64,000 nucleotides of DNA from Nitrospira sp. (GCA_047150005.1 AP038806.1:224001-288000); one strand, 5' to 3'; counted from the first letter of the stretch, positions 20,543 to 29,872 are shown. Notes: a model not told the origin generated them from the letters alone. Made by a program: numbers and translations.

Positions 20543-20572
20543 AAGCTATCAAGAATCGAGCGGGTCTGTCAA
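20543..20572 (-). promoter_or_regulatory. sigma70-like promoter of glyQS
   Basis: TTGACA-N18-TAGCTT on minus strand. Confidence 0.55.
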
Positions 20573-20682
20573 TAAACCTCCTCTATCATCAACGAGTTGC
20601 GCGATTCCTCCTGCGTCTGCTGTCCCTTGGGAATTCTGCGATGAATGCCGCAGTCGGACGATCCGAGAACGCTGTAGCCGTC

Positions 20683-20712
20683 TTGACTCGATCGAAGGCC
20701 TCGGCCTATTCT
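20683..20712 (+). promoter_or_regulatory. sigma70-like promoter of Rrf2 gene
   Basis: TTGACT-N18-TATTCT. Confidence 0.5.
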
Positions 20713-20748
20713 ACCATTCTTGATTAAGTCACTTTATTTCCGCCAAAG

Positions 20749-21183
20749 ATGAAGCTGTCCAAGAAAAGCGAGTACGGTTTGCGCGCCTTGCTCGAATTGA
20801 CGCTCGCGAACGGAAGCAAACCATTGCAGCGCCACGAAATCGCCGACCGCCAAGGTATTCCCGTGGAATTTCTCGAACAGATTTTGCTGGCCCTGAAGCG
20901 CGCGGGCCTGCTGTCCAGCCGTCGCGGGATCCGTGGCGGCTATGCGCTGATCAAGCCGCCGAGCCAAATCACGCTGGGGCAGGTCATTCGGATTCTGGAC
21001 GGTCCGCTGGCTCCCATCGGCTGCGTCAGCAAGACCGCCTACCAGAAGTGCTCCGAATGTCCCTACGCCGAAAAGGCGCAATGCCCGGTCCAGCATGTGA
21101 TGGGTACGGTGCGCGACGCGATTGCCGACATCTTGGACAACTACACGCTCGAAGATTTCTCGGCCGGACAACGAAACGGATAA
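20749..21183 (+). CDS. Rrf2 family transcriptional regulator
   Basis: EYGLRALLEL, LEQIL, SRRGIRGGYAL; C-terminal Cys cluster CVS...KCSECPY...QC. Confidence 0.93.
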   Translation: MKLSKKSEYGLRALLELTLANGSKPLQRHEIADRQGIPVEFLEQILLALKRAGLLSSRRGIRGGYALIKPPSQITLGQVIRILDGPLAPIGCVSKTAYQKCSECPYAEKAQCPVQHVMGTVRDAIADILDNYTLEDFSAGQRNG

Positions 21184-21215
21184 TTATTGAAAGATGATCC
21201 TGACTTCCCCCGTTT

Positions 21216-21557
21216 CTACTTCACCTCAATCGTGACGACGGATTCGGCCGCCAGCATCTTATGATCGTCCGTCGCGGCCACAACCTTGATCTCATGCTTG
21301 CCGGGCGGAAGATTGGTGAAGGTCCCCTTGAATCCCTTTTGATACTGCCCATCGAGGTAAACATGCGCATGATGGGCCTTCACGCCCTTCGCCAACTCGT
21401 ACGTGAGATCGACGGCGGCTCCGTCGACAGTCGCACCGTCCGCAGGGGCCGTGATCGTCACCTTCGATCCGTCCTCATCGCCCGCGAACACCGCCGACGC
21501 AATGCCGCTCACGGCCAACACACCTCCCAACACGATCGCACACGTCCCTCGCATCAT
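21216..21557 (-). CDS. small secreted Ig-like protein with His motifs
   Basis: Signal peptide; VTITAPADGATV, HHAHVYLDG, LPPGKHEI, DDH; GGAGG SD. Confidence 0.7.
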   Translation of the reverse strand: MMRGTCAIVLGGVLAVSGIASAVFAGDEDGSKVTITAPADGATVDGAAVDLTYELAKGVKAHHAHVYLDGQYQKGFKGTFTNLPPGKHEIKVVAATDDHKMLAAESVVTIEVK

Positions 21558-21719
21558 CGTCTTGCCTCCCCTTGATGTGGTTGATTTGAATCGCGACGGT
21601 CGTCCGAAGAGAGGACGACACCTTAATGTTCTATACCGGAGCGCGGTTCGGTGAGTCAAACCGAAGGACCAAGTCCACGCCATCATCCCGCCGGCCACCG
21701 GCGACAGGATGCGTTCCGA

Positions 21720-21753
21720 TTCATTGACTCGTCCCGAATCCTTTGCTAGCCTG
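21720..21753 (+). promoter_or_regulatory. promoter copy 1 (TTGACT-N17-TAGCCT with upstream TG)
   Basis: Shares TTCATTGACTCGTCC and TTTGCTAGCCTG with 22256-22290. Confidence 0.55.
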
Positions 21754-21822
21754 CCTGCTCCCGAATGAGCTGTTCATCTCGACGAGACGGGCGCTGCATC
21801 TCCGCTTCGACGAGAGGTTGCG

Positions 21823-22215
21823 ATGACCAGGCTCCTCCCGATATCCGGCTTCCCGTTTCGCCCAGTTCAGGCGCTGTTACTGTCGCTGATGCCCGTTGTG
21901 CTGAGCGCCTGCGGGCAAGGCAACGACAATATGAGTGCCGGTCCGGAGACGGTCGAACCCGTCTCGTCATTGAACGTCACCCTGGTCTGGGATCCGGTCC
22001 CGGATCCCAGCGTAACCGGATACGTCATTCACTATGGACGCTCTTCCCCGAACCAGCGCGGGTCCTGTCGGTATGAGGCGTCGCTCTTCGTGTCGCAGGC
22101 GAGAGGAACGGTAAGCAATCTGCGTCCCGAGACGCGCTATTATTTCTCCGTCAGTTCGTACAACGGAGTCGAAGGGTTTTGCTCCGAGGAAGTGTCGACC
22201 GTGACTCCCGCGTGA
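21823..22215 (+). CDS. fibronectin type III domain lipoprotein
   Basis: Lipobox LSAC; VTLVWDP, VTGYVIHYG, VSNLRPETRYYFSVSSYN. Confidence 0.8.
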   Translation: MTRLLPISGFPFRPVQALLLSLMPVVLSACGQGNDNMSAGPETVEPVSSLNVTLVWDPVPDPSVTGYVIHYGRSSPNQRGSCRYEASLFVSQARGTVSNLRPETRYYFSVSSYNGVEGFCSEEVSTVTPA

Positions 22216-22255
22216 CCGGCTTGATCGTCGAGAACGGTGGACATTCGGCCCCGAC

Positions 22256-22290
22256 TTCATTGACTCGTCCACCTCGGGTTTGCTAGCCTG
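22256..22290 (+). promoter_or_regulatory. promoter copy 2 (TTGACT-N18-TAGCCT with upstream TG) upstream of tkt
   Basis: Direct repeat of 21720-21753. Confidence 0.55.
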
Positions 22291-22367
22291 AGATTTCTCT
22301 TCTTGCCGCCGCGCGCGAGGGAACTGAACAAAAGACGCGTCCGGCGGAATTCCAGAAAGGAGACGCA

Positions 22368-24233
22368 ATGACCAGCCTGAGCCTCACGCCCGACCTCCTC
22401 ACCACGCTCCATAACAAAGCCACGAAGCTCCGGATCGAAAGCGTTCGGGCGACCAGCGAGGCTGGCAGCGGACATCCGTCGAGCTGCTGTTCCGCCGCGG
22501 ACATCGTGTCGGCCCTGTTCTTTCACATCATGCGCTACGACCCGAAGAACCCCAAGGCCTCCAACAGCGACCGATTCGTTCTGTCCAAGGGACACGCCGC
22601 TCCGCTGCTGTACGCCGCCTGGGCCGAAACGGGTCTGTTTTCCATCGATGAGTTGCTCAAGCTGAGAACCCTGACGTCGGATCTTGAAGGCCATCCGACC
22701 CCCCGGCTGCCGTTCGTGGACATGGCGACCGGCTCGCTGGGCCAAGGGCTACCCGTGGGCGTGGGCATCGCGCTCGATGCCAAGTTCGTCGACAAACTGA
22801 CGCGTCGCACGTACGTGTTGATGGGGGACGGAGAATCCGTCGAAGGCTCCGTCTGGGAAGCCGCGGAAATCGCGCGCCAGTACGGCCTGGACAATCTCTG
22901 CGCCATCGTCGACGTGAACCGGCTCGGACAGAGCGACCCGACGATGCTGCAGCACGACATGGAGGCCTATCGCGCCCGTTGGTCCGGTTTCGGTTGGCAT
23001 GCGGTGGTGATCGACGGGCATGACCTCAAGGCGATCGTCTCGGCCTTCTCGGAAGCGGCCGAGACGAAAGGAAGGCCCACGGTGATTCTGGCCAAGACGT
23101 TCAAGGGCCGGGGCATCTCCTTCATCGAGGACCACCCCAACTGGCACGGCAAGCCGATCCCGAAGGGCCAGGACATGCAGAAGGCGATCGAAGAATTGAC
23201 GAAGCAACTCAAGCCCAATGGCACCGAAGTCGCCATCACACGGCCCATCCCTTCTTCGGCTGCCCCCGCAGCCACAGGAACCGTGCCGGCACCACCCTAT
23301 AAGATAGGTGATTCTGCGGCGACACGGGAAGCGTTCGGCGTCGCGCTCGAGGCGATCGGCTCCGCCAACCAACAGGTCGTGGCGCTGGACGCGGACGTCA
23401 AGAATTCGACCTACACGGAAAAATTCGGCAAGAAATTCCCCGACCGGTTCTTCGAGAGTTTCATCGCGGAACAGAACATGCTCGGTGCGGCGGCGGGACT
23501 CGCCGCCTGCGGGAAGATTCCCTTTGTCGCCACCTTCGCCGCCTTTTTCACCAGAGCCTATGACTTCATCCGCATGGCGGCCATCAGCGGCTCGAACATC
23601 AAACTCGTCGGCACGCATGTGGGGGTCAGCATCGGCGAAGACGGACCTTCGCAGATGGGCTTGGAGGACATCGCCATGATGGCCGCGCAGCCCGGCATCA
23701 CCGTCTTCTATCCGTCGGACGCCACCAGTACCTATCGGTTGGTGGAGGCGGCCGCCGCCCATAAGGGCATGGTGTATCTCAGAGCGGGCCGGCCGAAGTC
23801 GCCCGTGCTCTACGGTCCGGACGAGCGCTTTCCCATCGGCGGCTCCAAAGTCCTGCGCCACAATCAATCCGACGCGTTGACCATCGTGGCAGCGGGTGTC
23901 ACGCTGTTCGAAGCGCTCAAGGCCTACGATCAATTGAAAGCGGCGGGGGTCTCCGTCCGCGTCGTGGATCTGTACAGCATCGTTCCCATCGACCGCACCA
24001 CGCTGTTGGACTGCGCCCGCTCCACGCAGGGACGCATCCTGACCGTCGAGGACCATTACGCGCACGGAGGACTCGGCGACGCGGTGCTCGACGCCGTCGG
24101 CTCTGAAGGCATCCGGGTGCACAAGCTCGCGGTGCGGGCCATCCCCCATAGCGGAAAACCCGAAGAGCTGATCGATCACTTTGGCATAGGAGCGCGCTCT
24201 ATTGTCGAAGCGGCCAAACAAATCATCAAGTAG
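22368..24233 (+). CDS. tkt: transketolase
   Basis: GSGHPSS, DRFVLSKGHAAP, GHP, TGSLGQG, GDGESVEG...N ThDP motif, FIAEQNM, EDGPSQM. Confidence 0.96.
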   Translation: MTSLSLTPDLLTTLHNKATKLRIESVRATSEAGSGHPSSCCSAADIVSALFFHIMRYDPKNPKASNSDRFVLSKGHAAPLLYAAWAETGLFSIDELLKLRTLTSDLEGHPTPRLPFVDMATGSLGQGLPVGVGIALDAKFVDKLTRRTYVLMGDGESVEGSVWEAAEIARQYGLDNLCAIVDVNRLGQSDPTMLQHDMEAYRARWSGFGWHAVVIDGHDLKAIVSAFSEAAETKGRPTVILAKTFKGRGISFIEDHPNWHGKPIPKGQDMQKAIEELTKQLKPNGTEVAITRPIPSSAAPAATGTVPAPPYKIGDSAATREAFGVALEAIGSANQQVVALDADVKNSTYTEKFGKKFPDRFFESFIAEQNMLGAAAGLAACGKIPFVATFAAFFTRAYDFIRMAAISGSNIKLVGTHVGVSIGEDGPSQMGLEDIAMMAAQPGITVFYPSDATSTYRLVEAAAAHKGMVYLRAGRPKSPVLYGPDERFPIGGSKVLRHNQSDALTIVAAGVTLFEALKAYDQLKAAGVSVRVVDLYSIVPIDRTTLLDCARSTQGRILTVEDHYAHGGLGDAVLDAVGSEGIRVHKLAVRAIPHSGKPEELIDHFGIGARSIVEAAKQIIK

Positions 24234-24930
24234 CGGAGAGGGTTCGGCCCTCTCGCCGGGGGTCGCACACATTCCCCTGCTCAATATCCTGTCCGACACG
24301 GACCGCCTGCGCATGCTTGGCGAACTGTCCGAAGCCCGCTACGGCAAGGACGATTACATCTTCCGCGAAGGCGATCCGACCGAATATTTCCATATCGTCA
24401 AGGAAGGCGTCGTCAAATGCGTCAAGTCGTCGGCCGACGGCAAGGAATGCACGTTGAAAATGCTGATGCCCGGAGACCTGTTCTGCTGCGACGCTGCCGC
24501 CTTTGACGGAGCCTGCCATCCCGGTACCGCACAACCGATGGGCAACGTGAGCGTCCTCCGCATGAGGAAGACCGCGTATTTCGATCTGCTCCGGCGCAGT
24601 CCGGCAGCCGCGCTCGAAGTCATCAAGTATCTGGGGGCGCGGCTGAACGAAGCGCAGGAGAAAGCCAAGCTGCTCGCGTTGGATCGGACTGATCAACGCC
24701 TGGCGGCCCTGCTGCTCGACCTGGCCGAACGCAGCGGCGTCCAGGACCCGCAGGGCATCAGACTCGCCGTGCGGGTCACCCGCCAGGACATGGCCGACAT
24801 GATCGGCACCACGACCGAGACGGCCATCCGCATCATGAGCCGCTTCAAGAAGGACCGCCTGGTGTCTGGCACCGCCAACCGGCTGGTCATCCGCGATCTT
24901 GCCCGCCTCAAAGCGTTCGCATCGTCCTGA
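24202..24930 (+). CDS. Crp/Fnr family transcriptional regulator (Cys-rich)
   Basis: IFREGDP...IVKEGVVK effector domain; TRQDMADMIGTTTETAIRIMSRF HTH; TTG start with AGGAG SD inside tkt 3' end, start uncertain. Confidence 0.88.
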   Translation: MSKRPNKSSSSGEGSALSPGVAHIPLLNILSDTDRLRMLGELSEARYGKDDYIFREGDPTEYFHIVKEGVVKCVKSSADGKECTLKMLMPGDLFCCDAAAFDGACHPGTAQPMGNVSVLRMRKTAYFDLLRRSPAAALEVIKYLGARLNEAQEKAKLLALDRTDQRLAALLLDLAERSGVQDPQGIRLAVRVTRQDMADMIGTTTETAIRIMSRFKKDRLVSGTANRLVIRDLARLKAFASS

Positions 24931-24956
24931 TTTCGGCGCATCAGACGGGTTTTTTC

Positions 24957-24982
24957 AAAAATATGACGTATGTCATGTTTTT
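24957..24982. promoter_or_regulatory. FNR/CRP-type palindromic box upstream of nirK
   Basis: AAAAATATGAC-GTAT-GTCATGTTTTT (10/11 inverted); -10-like TATCCT at 25000-25005 puts centre near -42. Confidence 0.7.
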
Positions 24983-25067
24983 ATTCCGGCCTCCTTCGGT
25001 ATCCTACCGGCACATTTCGACTCATCACCCCGCACTGAATGTCATCGCCAAGAAGGAGGCAGTACAG

Positions 25068-26054
25068 ATGAAAGTCCGTCGTTCCCGCTCGCTCCTGACC
25101 CTTGCCGGGTTCGGAGCCTGTTTTCTGGTTTCTCTATCGTTCGATGCAACTGAGGTCCGCGCCAAAACACACGAGGTGGCAATGACGGCGGTCGAAACCG
25201 ATGTCGTCATCGACGGCAGCGGCGAGAAGTACGCCGCCTGGACGTTCAACGGCACGATGCCGGGGCCGGTCGTCCGCGTGACCGAAGGCGATACGATCAA
25301 GTTCACGCTGACCAACCCCGCCGAGAACAAGAACCCGCACGCGATGGATTTTCACGCAGCCGAGATCGACTTTCTGAAAAACTATCGGGCCGTCAACGCC
25401 GGCGAAACCATCACCTTCACCTTCGTCGCCAAAAAGCCCGGCGTGTTCTTCTATCATTGCGGCGCGCCGCCGATGATCCAGCACATCGCCCGCGGCATGT
25501 TCGGCGCGATCATCGTGGACCCGCAAAATGCCAAGGCCTGGCCCAAGGCCGATCGTGAATATGTGTTGATCCAATCGGAGTATTTCAAGAACCCAGGCGA
25601 CGTCCAGACGATGTTCGACCGGAAATACGACGGGATGATGTTCAACGGAGGCATCTTCAAGTACCATCCCTTCGTCACGGGTGGAGGAAAACTGGACGCA
25701 AAGCCCGGGGAGCGTGTACGCGTCTACTTCGTCAATGCCGGACCGAACGAGTTTTCTTCGTTCCACCCGATCGGCGAGATCTGGGACAACGTCTATGAGA
25801 GCGGCAATCCGGCCAACAAGCTCACCGGTGTTCAAACCTATGTGGTGGGACCGGGAAGCGCCGCGACCTTCGATGTGGTCGTCGAATCCGCCGGCGCGTA
25901 CCCATTGGTCACCCATTCCCTGACGGGTGCGCTCCGCGGGGCCATTGCGGTATTGGTGGCATCCCCCGATGCCAAACCTCAGCCGCTCATGCCGATGGTG
26001 CCCTGGAAGATCACGACACCTCAAACCGAAATCACTCCGGTTCCGGTGCCATAG
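25068..26054 (+). CDS. nirK: copper-containing nitrite reductase
   Basis: PHAMDFH, FYHCGAPPMIQHIARGMFG, SSFHPIG, LVTH Cu ligands; signal peptide; AAGGAGG SD. Confidence 0.92.
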   Translation: MKVRRSRSLLTLAGFGACFLVSLSFDATEVRAKTHEVAMTAVETDVVIDGSGEKYAAWTFNGTMPGPVVRVTEGDTIKFTLTNPAENKNPHAMDFHAAEIDFLKNYRAVNAGETITFTFVAKKPGVFFYHCGAPPMIQHIARGMFGAIIVDPQNAKAWPKADREYVLIQSEYFKNPGDVQTMFDRKYDGMMFNGGIFKYHPFVTGGGKLDAKPGERVRVYFVNAGPNEFSSFHPIGEIWDNVYESGNPANKLTGVQTYVVGPGSAATFDVVVESAGAYPLVTHSLTGALRGAIAVLVASPDAKPQPLMPMVPWKITTPQTEITPVPVP

Positions 26055-26063
26055 CGGGACGAC

Positions 26064-26098
26064 AGGGCCGGCCGGCTCTTCCTGAGTCGGTCGGCCCT
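26064..26098 (+). terminator. GC-rich stem-loop after nirK (weak U-tail)
   Basis: AGGGCCGGCCGGCTC-ttcct-GAGTCGGTCGGCCCT. Confidence 0.5.
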
Positions 26099-26132
26099 CC
26101 TATCGGGCATGGCGCTCCGGCCGTAGACTCTC

Positions 26133-26528
26133 ATGCGTCTCAGGTCTGCACTCGTCATCGTTCTACTCATCGGCGCCGGCGGAATCACGAGCGACCCGTC
26201 TCATCCCGCCTTGGCGCACTCATCGTTTGAACGCGTCGCCCTTCAACTCAACGGTCCCTCGTGTCATGGGCAACACGCAAACCTCCATTCCGCTCTGTCG
26301 GCCGTGCCGGGAGTCCGGAGCGTCGATCTCTCATCGGTTCCCGATCACGCATTGGTCGATATTGACACGCGCGTGCTCAGCCTTCACCATCTGCTCACAA
26401 TCGTCGCTCAGGCTCTGATCCGATCCGAATGTCAGGCCGAACCGATGCAGTCATGCATTTCGGCGGCGAGCCAGGCGGAAACCACCCGGCTCCACGTTTC
26501 CACCGGCAAGCCGAGCCGTTCACCTTGA
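26133..26528 (+). CDS. secreted HMA-like (heavy-metal-associated) domain protein
   Basis: Signal peptide; LQLNGPSCHGQH...ALSAVPGVRSVDL HMA pattern with degenerate CxxC. Confidence 0.6.
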   Translation: MRLRSALVIVLLIGAGGITSDPSHPALAHSSFERVALQLNGPSCHGQHANLHSALSAVPGVRSVDLSSVPDHALVDIDTRVLSLHHLLTIVAQALIRSECQAEPMQSCISAASQAETTRLHVSTGKPSRSP

Positions 26529-26538
26529 CAGAATTGCC

Positions 26539-27168
26539 ATGCCGAAACTTGGACTGCAGTCCCTGTTACGCGGCATCATCCATCCCGCATCGGTTGTTCT
26601 TGTCATTTCCCTGCTCGCTACGCTCCCGGCTGTGGCCCAGGACGCGGTCCTGGAGTTGTTCCCCATCCGGCCCGTGAATTTCGACGTAGCCCTGCGCCAA
26701 CAGAGCTTCGCACCGAGCGATCGTGAAATCACGCTGCAAGCGGGCGTGACGGCACTCCGGTACGGCGATGGAGAACTCCGGCTGATGTATCAATACTTCA
26801 GCATCCACACGGAAGATTTCGAAACCGACCAGCATTCCTTATTCGTCAACCCTCGCTGGAACAACATCTTTGATCTGTTCGATTTCCCGAAATCCAAGCC
26901 GCTGAGCCGCATCCTGCGTCACCTGTTTTTCGGCCCTCTGGAGGATCGAGCCGTCCCCTATATCGGCGCGTTGCTCGGCGGCGTCTTGTCGGTTCAGGGC
27001 GCCTCCTCGCCCGGTCTCTTGTACGGCGGCCAGGCCGGTGTGCGTTTTCCCGTTGCCCGCGGAATCTCGCTCGACCTGAGTCTCCAATTCACGCAGTATC
27101 AAGTCACCTTTCAAGGGCAACAGGGGGAATCACAGCAATGGCTGTTCCTGACGGGCGTGCGGTACTGA
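26539..27168 (+). CDS. putative small outer-membrane beta-barrel protein
   Basis: Signal peptide; VPYIGALLG, GGQAGVRFPV, C-terminal aromatic FLTGVRY. Confidence 0.6.
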   Translation: MPKLGLQSLLRGIIHPASVVLVISLLATLPAVAQDAVLELFPIRPVNFDVALRQQSFAPSDREITLQAGVTALRYGDGELRLMYQYFSIHTEDFETDQHSLFVNPRWNNIFDLFDFPKSKPLSRILRHLFFGPLEDRAVPYIGALLGGVLSVQGASSPGLLYGGQAGVRFPVARGISLDLSLQFTQYQVTFQGQQGESQQWLFLTGVRY

Positions 27169-28190
27169 CGCGCATCCTGCGTATCACCCCCACCGCGTCT
27201 CGTGTGTCTCTCGTGTGTCTCTTCGCCACGCTGGTGCAGGGGTGCGGCTTAGTGTTCGACGCGATCGAAATGATTCATCCCCTGACGGCCAACGAACTCG
27301 ACCGGATCTGCCGGCGACAGCAGGTCCAAGTCGGCATGGCCGTCGAGCCGTTTCGGCCCTTCGTCTTTCCCGCCGTATGGACCGACGAGGGAGCCAGGGT
27401 CACCGGGCTTGACGCCGAGTTGATTCGATCCATCACCGACGCACTGACCGCTCATTGTGGGGCGCCGGTCGTTCCGGTGTTGCACCTGATTCGATTTCGT
27501 GATTTGTTCCTGTTGTTGAACGAAGGGCAATTGGATTTCTTCGTATCCGCCGTGGCGCCAGGAATCCCCTCGCCGGCGCGAGCCGGGTTCGCCTATTCGA
27601 GTCCGTACTTTTTCCACGGAGGGATCGGCGCAATCGTCAAACGGCAGGACGTCGTCGAACAGATTCAGTCCCGATTGAAAGCCGATGGAAACGCGCACGA
27701 GCGGCTCCTCGACGGACTGACCATGGCAGTCCAGGAGAGCACCGCCGCACATCTCTATGCCGAGGCCAATTTGAAACCGGTTCGGTTGATCGTGTGTGAT
27801 TCTCTCCCCGCTGCGTTTGAACAAGCCGATTCAGCCACGGGCCAGCCGATCGATGTCGTGCTGGGAGAGCAACCCGTGCTGGCGTTCACGGTCAAAACCA
27901 CACGGCGGGACTGGCGGCTGGTGACCAGAGAGGAGAACAAGCCGCTGCGGTTTACGCAAGCGGACTACAGTATCGTCCTGGCAGAGGAAAGCTACAAGCT
28001 GCGGTGGTTCATCAATCAGGTCATCTTTCAACTGACGGAATCCGGTCGACTTCAGATGATGAGGCAACGGTGGCTCGAAGACACGTATGCCTATCCGCGC
28101 CGTGCCTCGACCGAGGGATTACCGTTCGACGTTCCGAGCATGGTTGCGCACTATGATCAAGGCACGTGCCGCGAGAGCAAGACGCGGTGA
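27138..28190 (+). CDS. substrate-binding protein (family 3 PBP-like), probable lipoprotein
   Basis: VQGC lipobox-like; PFVF...GLDAEL, LNEGQLD, YSSPYF, ESGRLQMMRQRW. Confidence 0.75.
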   Translation: MAVPDGRAVLTRILRITPTASRVSLVCLFATLVQGCGLVFDAIEMIHPLTANELDRICRRQQVQVGMAVEPFRPFVFPAVWTDEGARVTGLDAELIRSITDALTAHCGAPVVPVLHLIRFRDLFLLLNEGQLDFFVSAVAPGIPSPARAGFAYSSPYFFHGGIGAIVKRQDVVEQIQSRLKADGNAHERLLDGLTMAVQESTAAHLYAEANLKPVRLIVCDSLPAAFEQADSATGQPIDVVLGEQPVLAFTVKTTRRDWRLVTREENKPLRFTQADYSIVLAEESYKLRWFINQVIFQLTESGRLQMMRQRWLEDTYAYPRRASTEGLPFDVPSMVAHYDQGTCRESKTR

Positions 28191-28204
28191 GAGAGGAGGT
28201 TCCC

Positions 28205-28975
28205 ATGCGCCTACACTTGTGTCCATGGCTCTGCCTGCTGATGGTGGCGCTCGCACCGATCTCCGCACCGGCCTCGCCGCCTGAGCAGCTCCGCGCCGAG
28301 GCGGAGGAAACCGCCCGGCTCCTGGCGAAACTGCTCCAGTCCGGCCGGCTCGTGATCGAACACCATCAGACCGTCATCGATGATCCTCACCGAGGTGACA
28401 AGGGGTTTACACCCGAGTTCTTCGAACAGCAGCTTCGCGAGGAATTCCGACAACGGACCGGGATCGACCTCGCGTCCCTCTCGCAGAAACCTGCGACATT
28501 CGGCGTGCCGCCACTGGCGCGTGAACTTCTCCCGGCCTTGATTGAAGCCAGCAAGGAAGTCGTCCGTGATGCGCAGGTTGTGATCAACCAGCGCGGCATC
28601 GGCTACAAAAATTTCATTCCCGCGACCTACGGCAGTCAGGCGGCGGCTCGCTTCTCCAAACGGTCTCATGTGCAGCTCAAGCAAACCGCCGTTCAACCGC
28701 GCAATCCGAAAAATGAAGCGGATGAGTATGAATCGTCGGTCTTGCGCTGGTTATCCGGCAGACCGAACGGCGAGGCCTACGTCAGTGAATTGACCGAGTC
28801 GGGCACAACCCTTCGGGTCATGATGCCGATTTACTATCTGCGGGAGTGCCTGGCATGCCATGGCGAACCGAAAGGAGAATGGGACATCTCCGGCTATCCA
28901 AGAGAAGGGGCCCGAGAAGGAGATTTGGCCGGCGCCATCAGCGTACGTATACCGCTCAACCCGAAATTGCCCTGA
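28205..28975 (+). CDS. DUF3365/Tll0287-like periplasmic heme c protein
   Basis: PRNPKNEADEYE, RVMMPIY...CLACHG...GDLAGAISV; GAGGAGG SD. Confidence 0.85.
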   Translation: MRLHLCPWLCLLMVALAPISAPASPPEQLRAEAEETARLLAKLLQSGRLVIEHHQTVIDDPHRGDKGFTPEFFEQQLREEFRQRTGIDLASLSQKPATFGVPPLARELLPALIEASKEVVRDAQVVINQRGIGYKNFIPATYGSQAAARFSKRSHVQLKQTAVQPRNPKNEADEYESSVLRWLSGRPNGEAYVSELTESGTTLRVMMPIYYLRECLACHGEPKGEWDISGYPREGAREGDLAGAISVRIPLNPKLP

Positions 28976-29120
28976 ACGTACGGCAGACCGTGTCCTGATT
29001 CGCGAGCACATCCGGATACGCCGCCGGCTCATCCTGCGGCGTGCGGCCGATCGTATTCTGCATCAGTCCCCCGGCCGCAGACTCAACAGTCACAAGGCCG
29101 TCCGGATCGGCCGGATCACC

Positions 29121-29426
29121 TCAATAAATCACCGCGGGACGGTTTCCCTTCACCAGCAACAGCAACCGTTCCCGCCGCAACGGCAGATCGGGATCCCGCG
29201 TATAGTGCGAAGGATCCGCGGCCACCTCCACCTTGCTGAGAGGAATCGACAACTGCTGTCGCATGTGCGGAACGTCGGTGTCCAACGCCAGGGCCACCAG
29301 CTGATCGGTGCAATCCGTCACCTCGGCATTGAGATCTCGCGCGTCATCGAATTGCACGCTGATTCGTTCCTCCGGGTTGATCCACCGGCGGATCACCTCG
29401 GCTTTTTCCAGGTTGCTCATCTTCAT
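29121..29426 (-). CDS. hypothetical protein
   Basis: 101-aa ORF with ordinary composition, divergent from FNT operon. Confidence 0.6.
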   Translation of the reverse strand: MKMSNLEKAEVIRRWINPEERISVQFDDARDLNAEVTDCTDQLVALALDTDVPHMRQQLSIPLSKVEVAADPSHYTRDPDLPLRRERLLLLVKGNRPAVIY

Positions 29427-29803
29427 CTTCTACGCCCTCTGCGCTCCTGTCCGCTCAGGCCGCTCGATAACCCTCCGTCATTTTCGCGGCGAGGGGTATG
29501 CCTGCCTAGGGTTTCGGAGAGACTACCCGCGCCGGCCAATACCCTATCGACAACTGTGTGGCACAGTCCATACCACCAACGGGGAACTACGGCATTTCAA
29601 GGTGATCGTGGTCTCGCCCCAATTCCACGATCAGCTTGCGCGAACTGAAGGCCTAGTGTTGAACGACAACCCTGAGCGATATCGCACGCACCGCACGCAT
29701 TGACTCCACTCATGCTTCACACTCTTATGCGCCACGCTCCTCTTCCCTGTTCGGATTTCGGAGAAAACCAGAGATAGCCCGCCCAGATGTGCGGAAACCG
29801 ACG

Positions 29804-29819
29804 TGGCCCCGAAGTTGCT
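29804..29819 (+). promoter_or_regulatory. sigma54 (-24/-12) promoter
   Basis: TGGCCCCGAAGTTGCT vs consensus TGGCACG-N4-TTGCW with exact GG-N10-GC spacing, 53 nt before FNT start. Confidence 0.7.
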
Positions 29820-29872
29820 CTGCTCGTGATCGACATCCGCGCAACTCACTTTCCTATCTCGAACGGAGCAGG

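Noticed and set aside
29559..29574. TGGCAC in FNT upstream region as a second sigma54 promoter
   Set aside because: No TTGC at the -12 position; part of a short CTGTG/CACAG palindrome of unknown meaning
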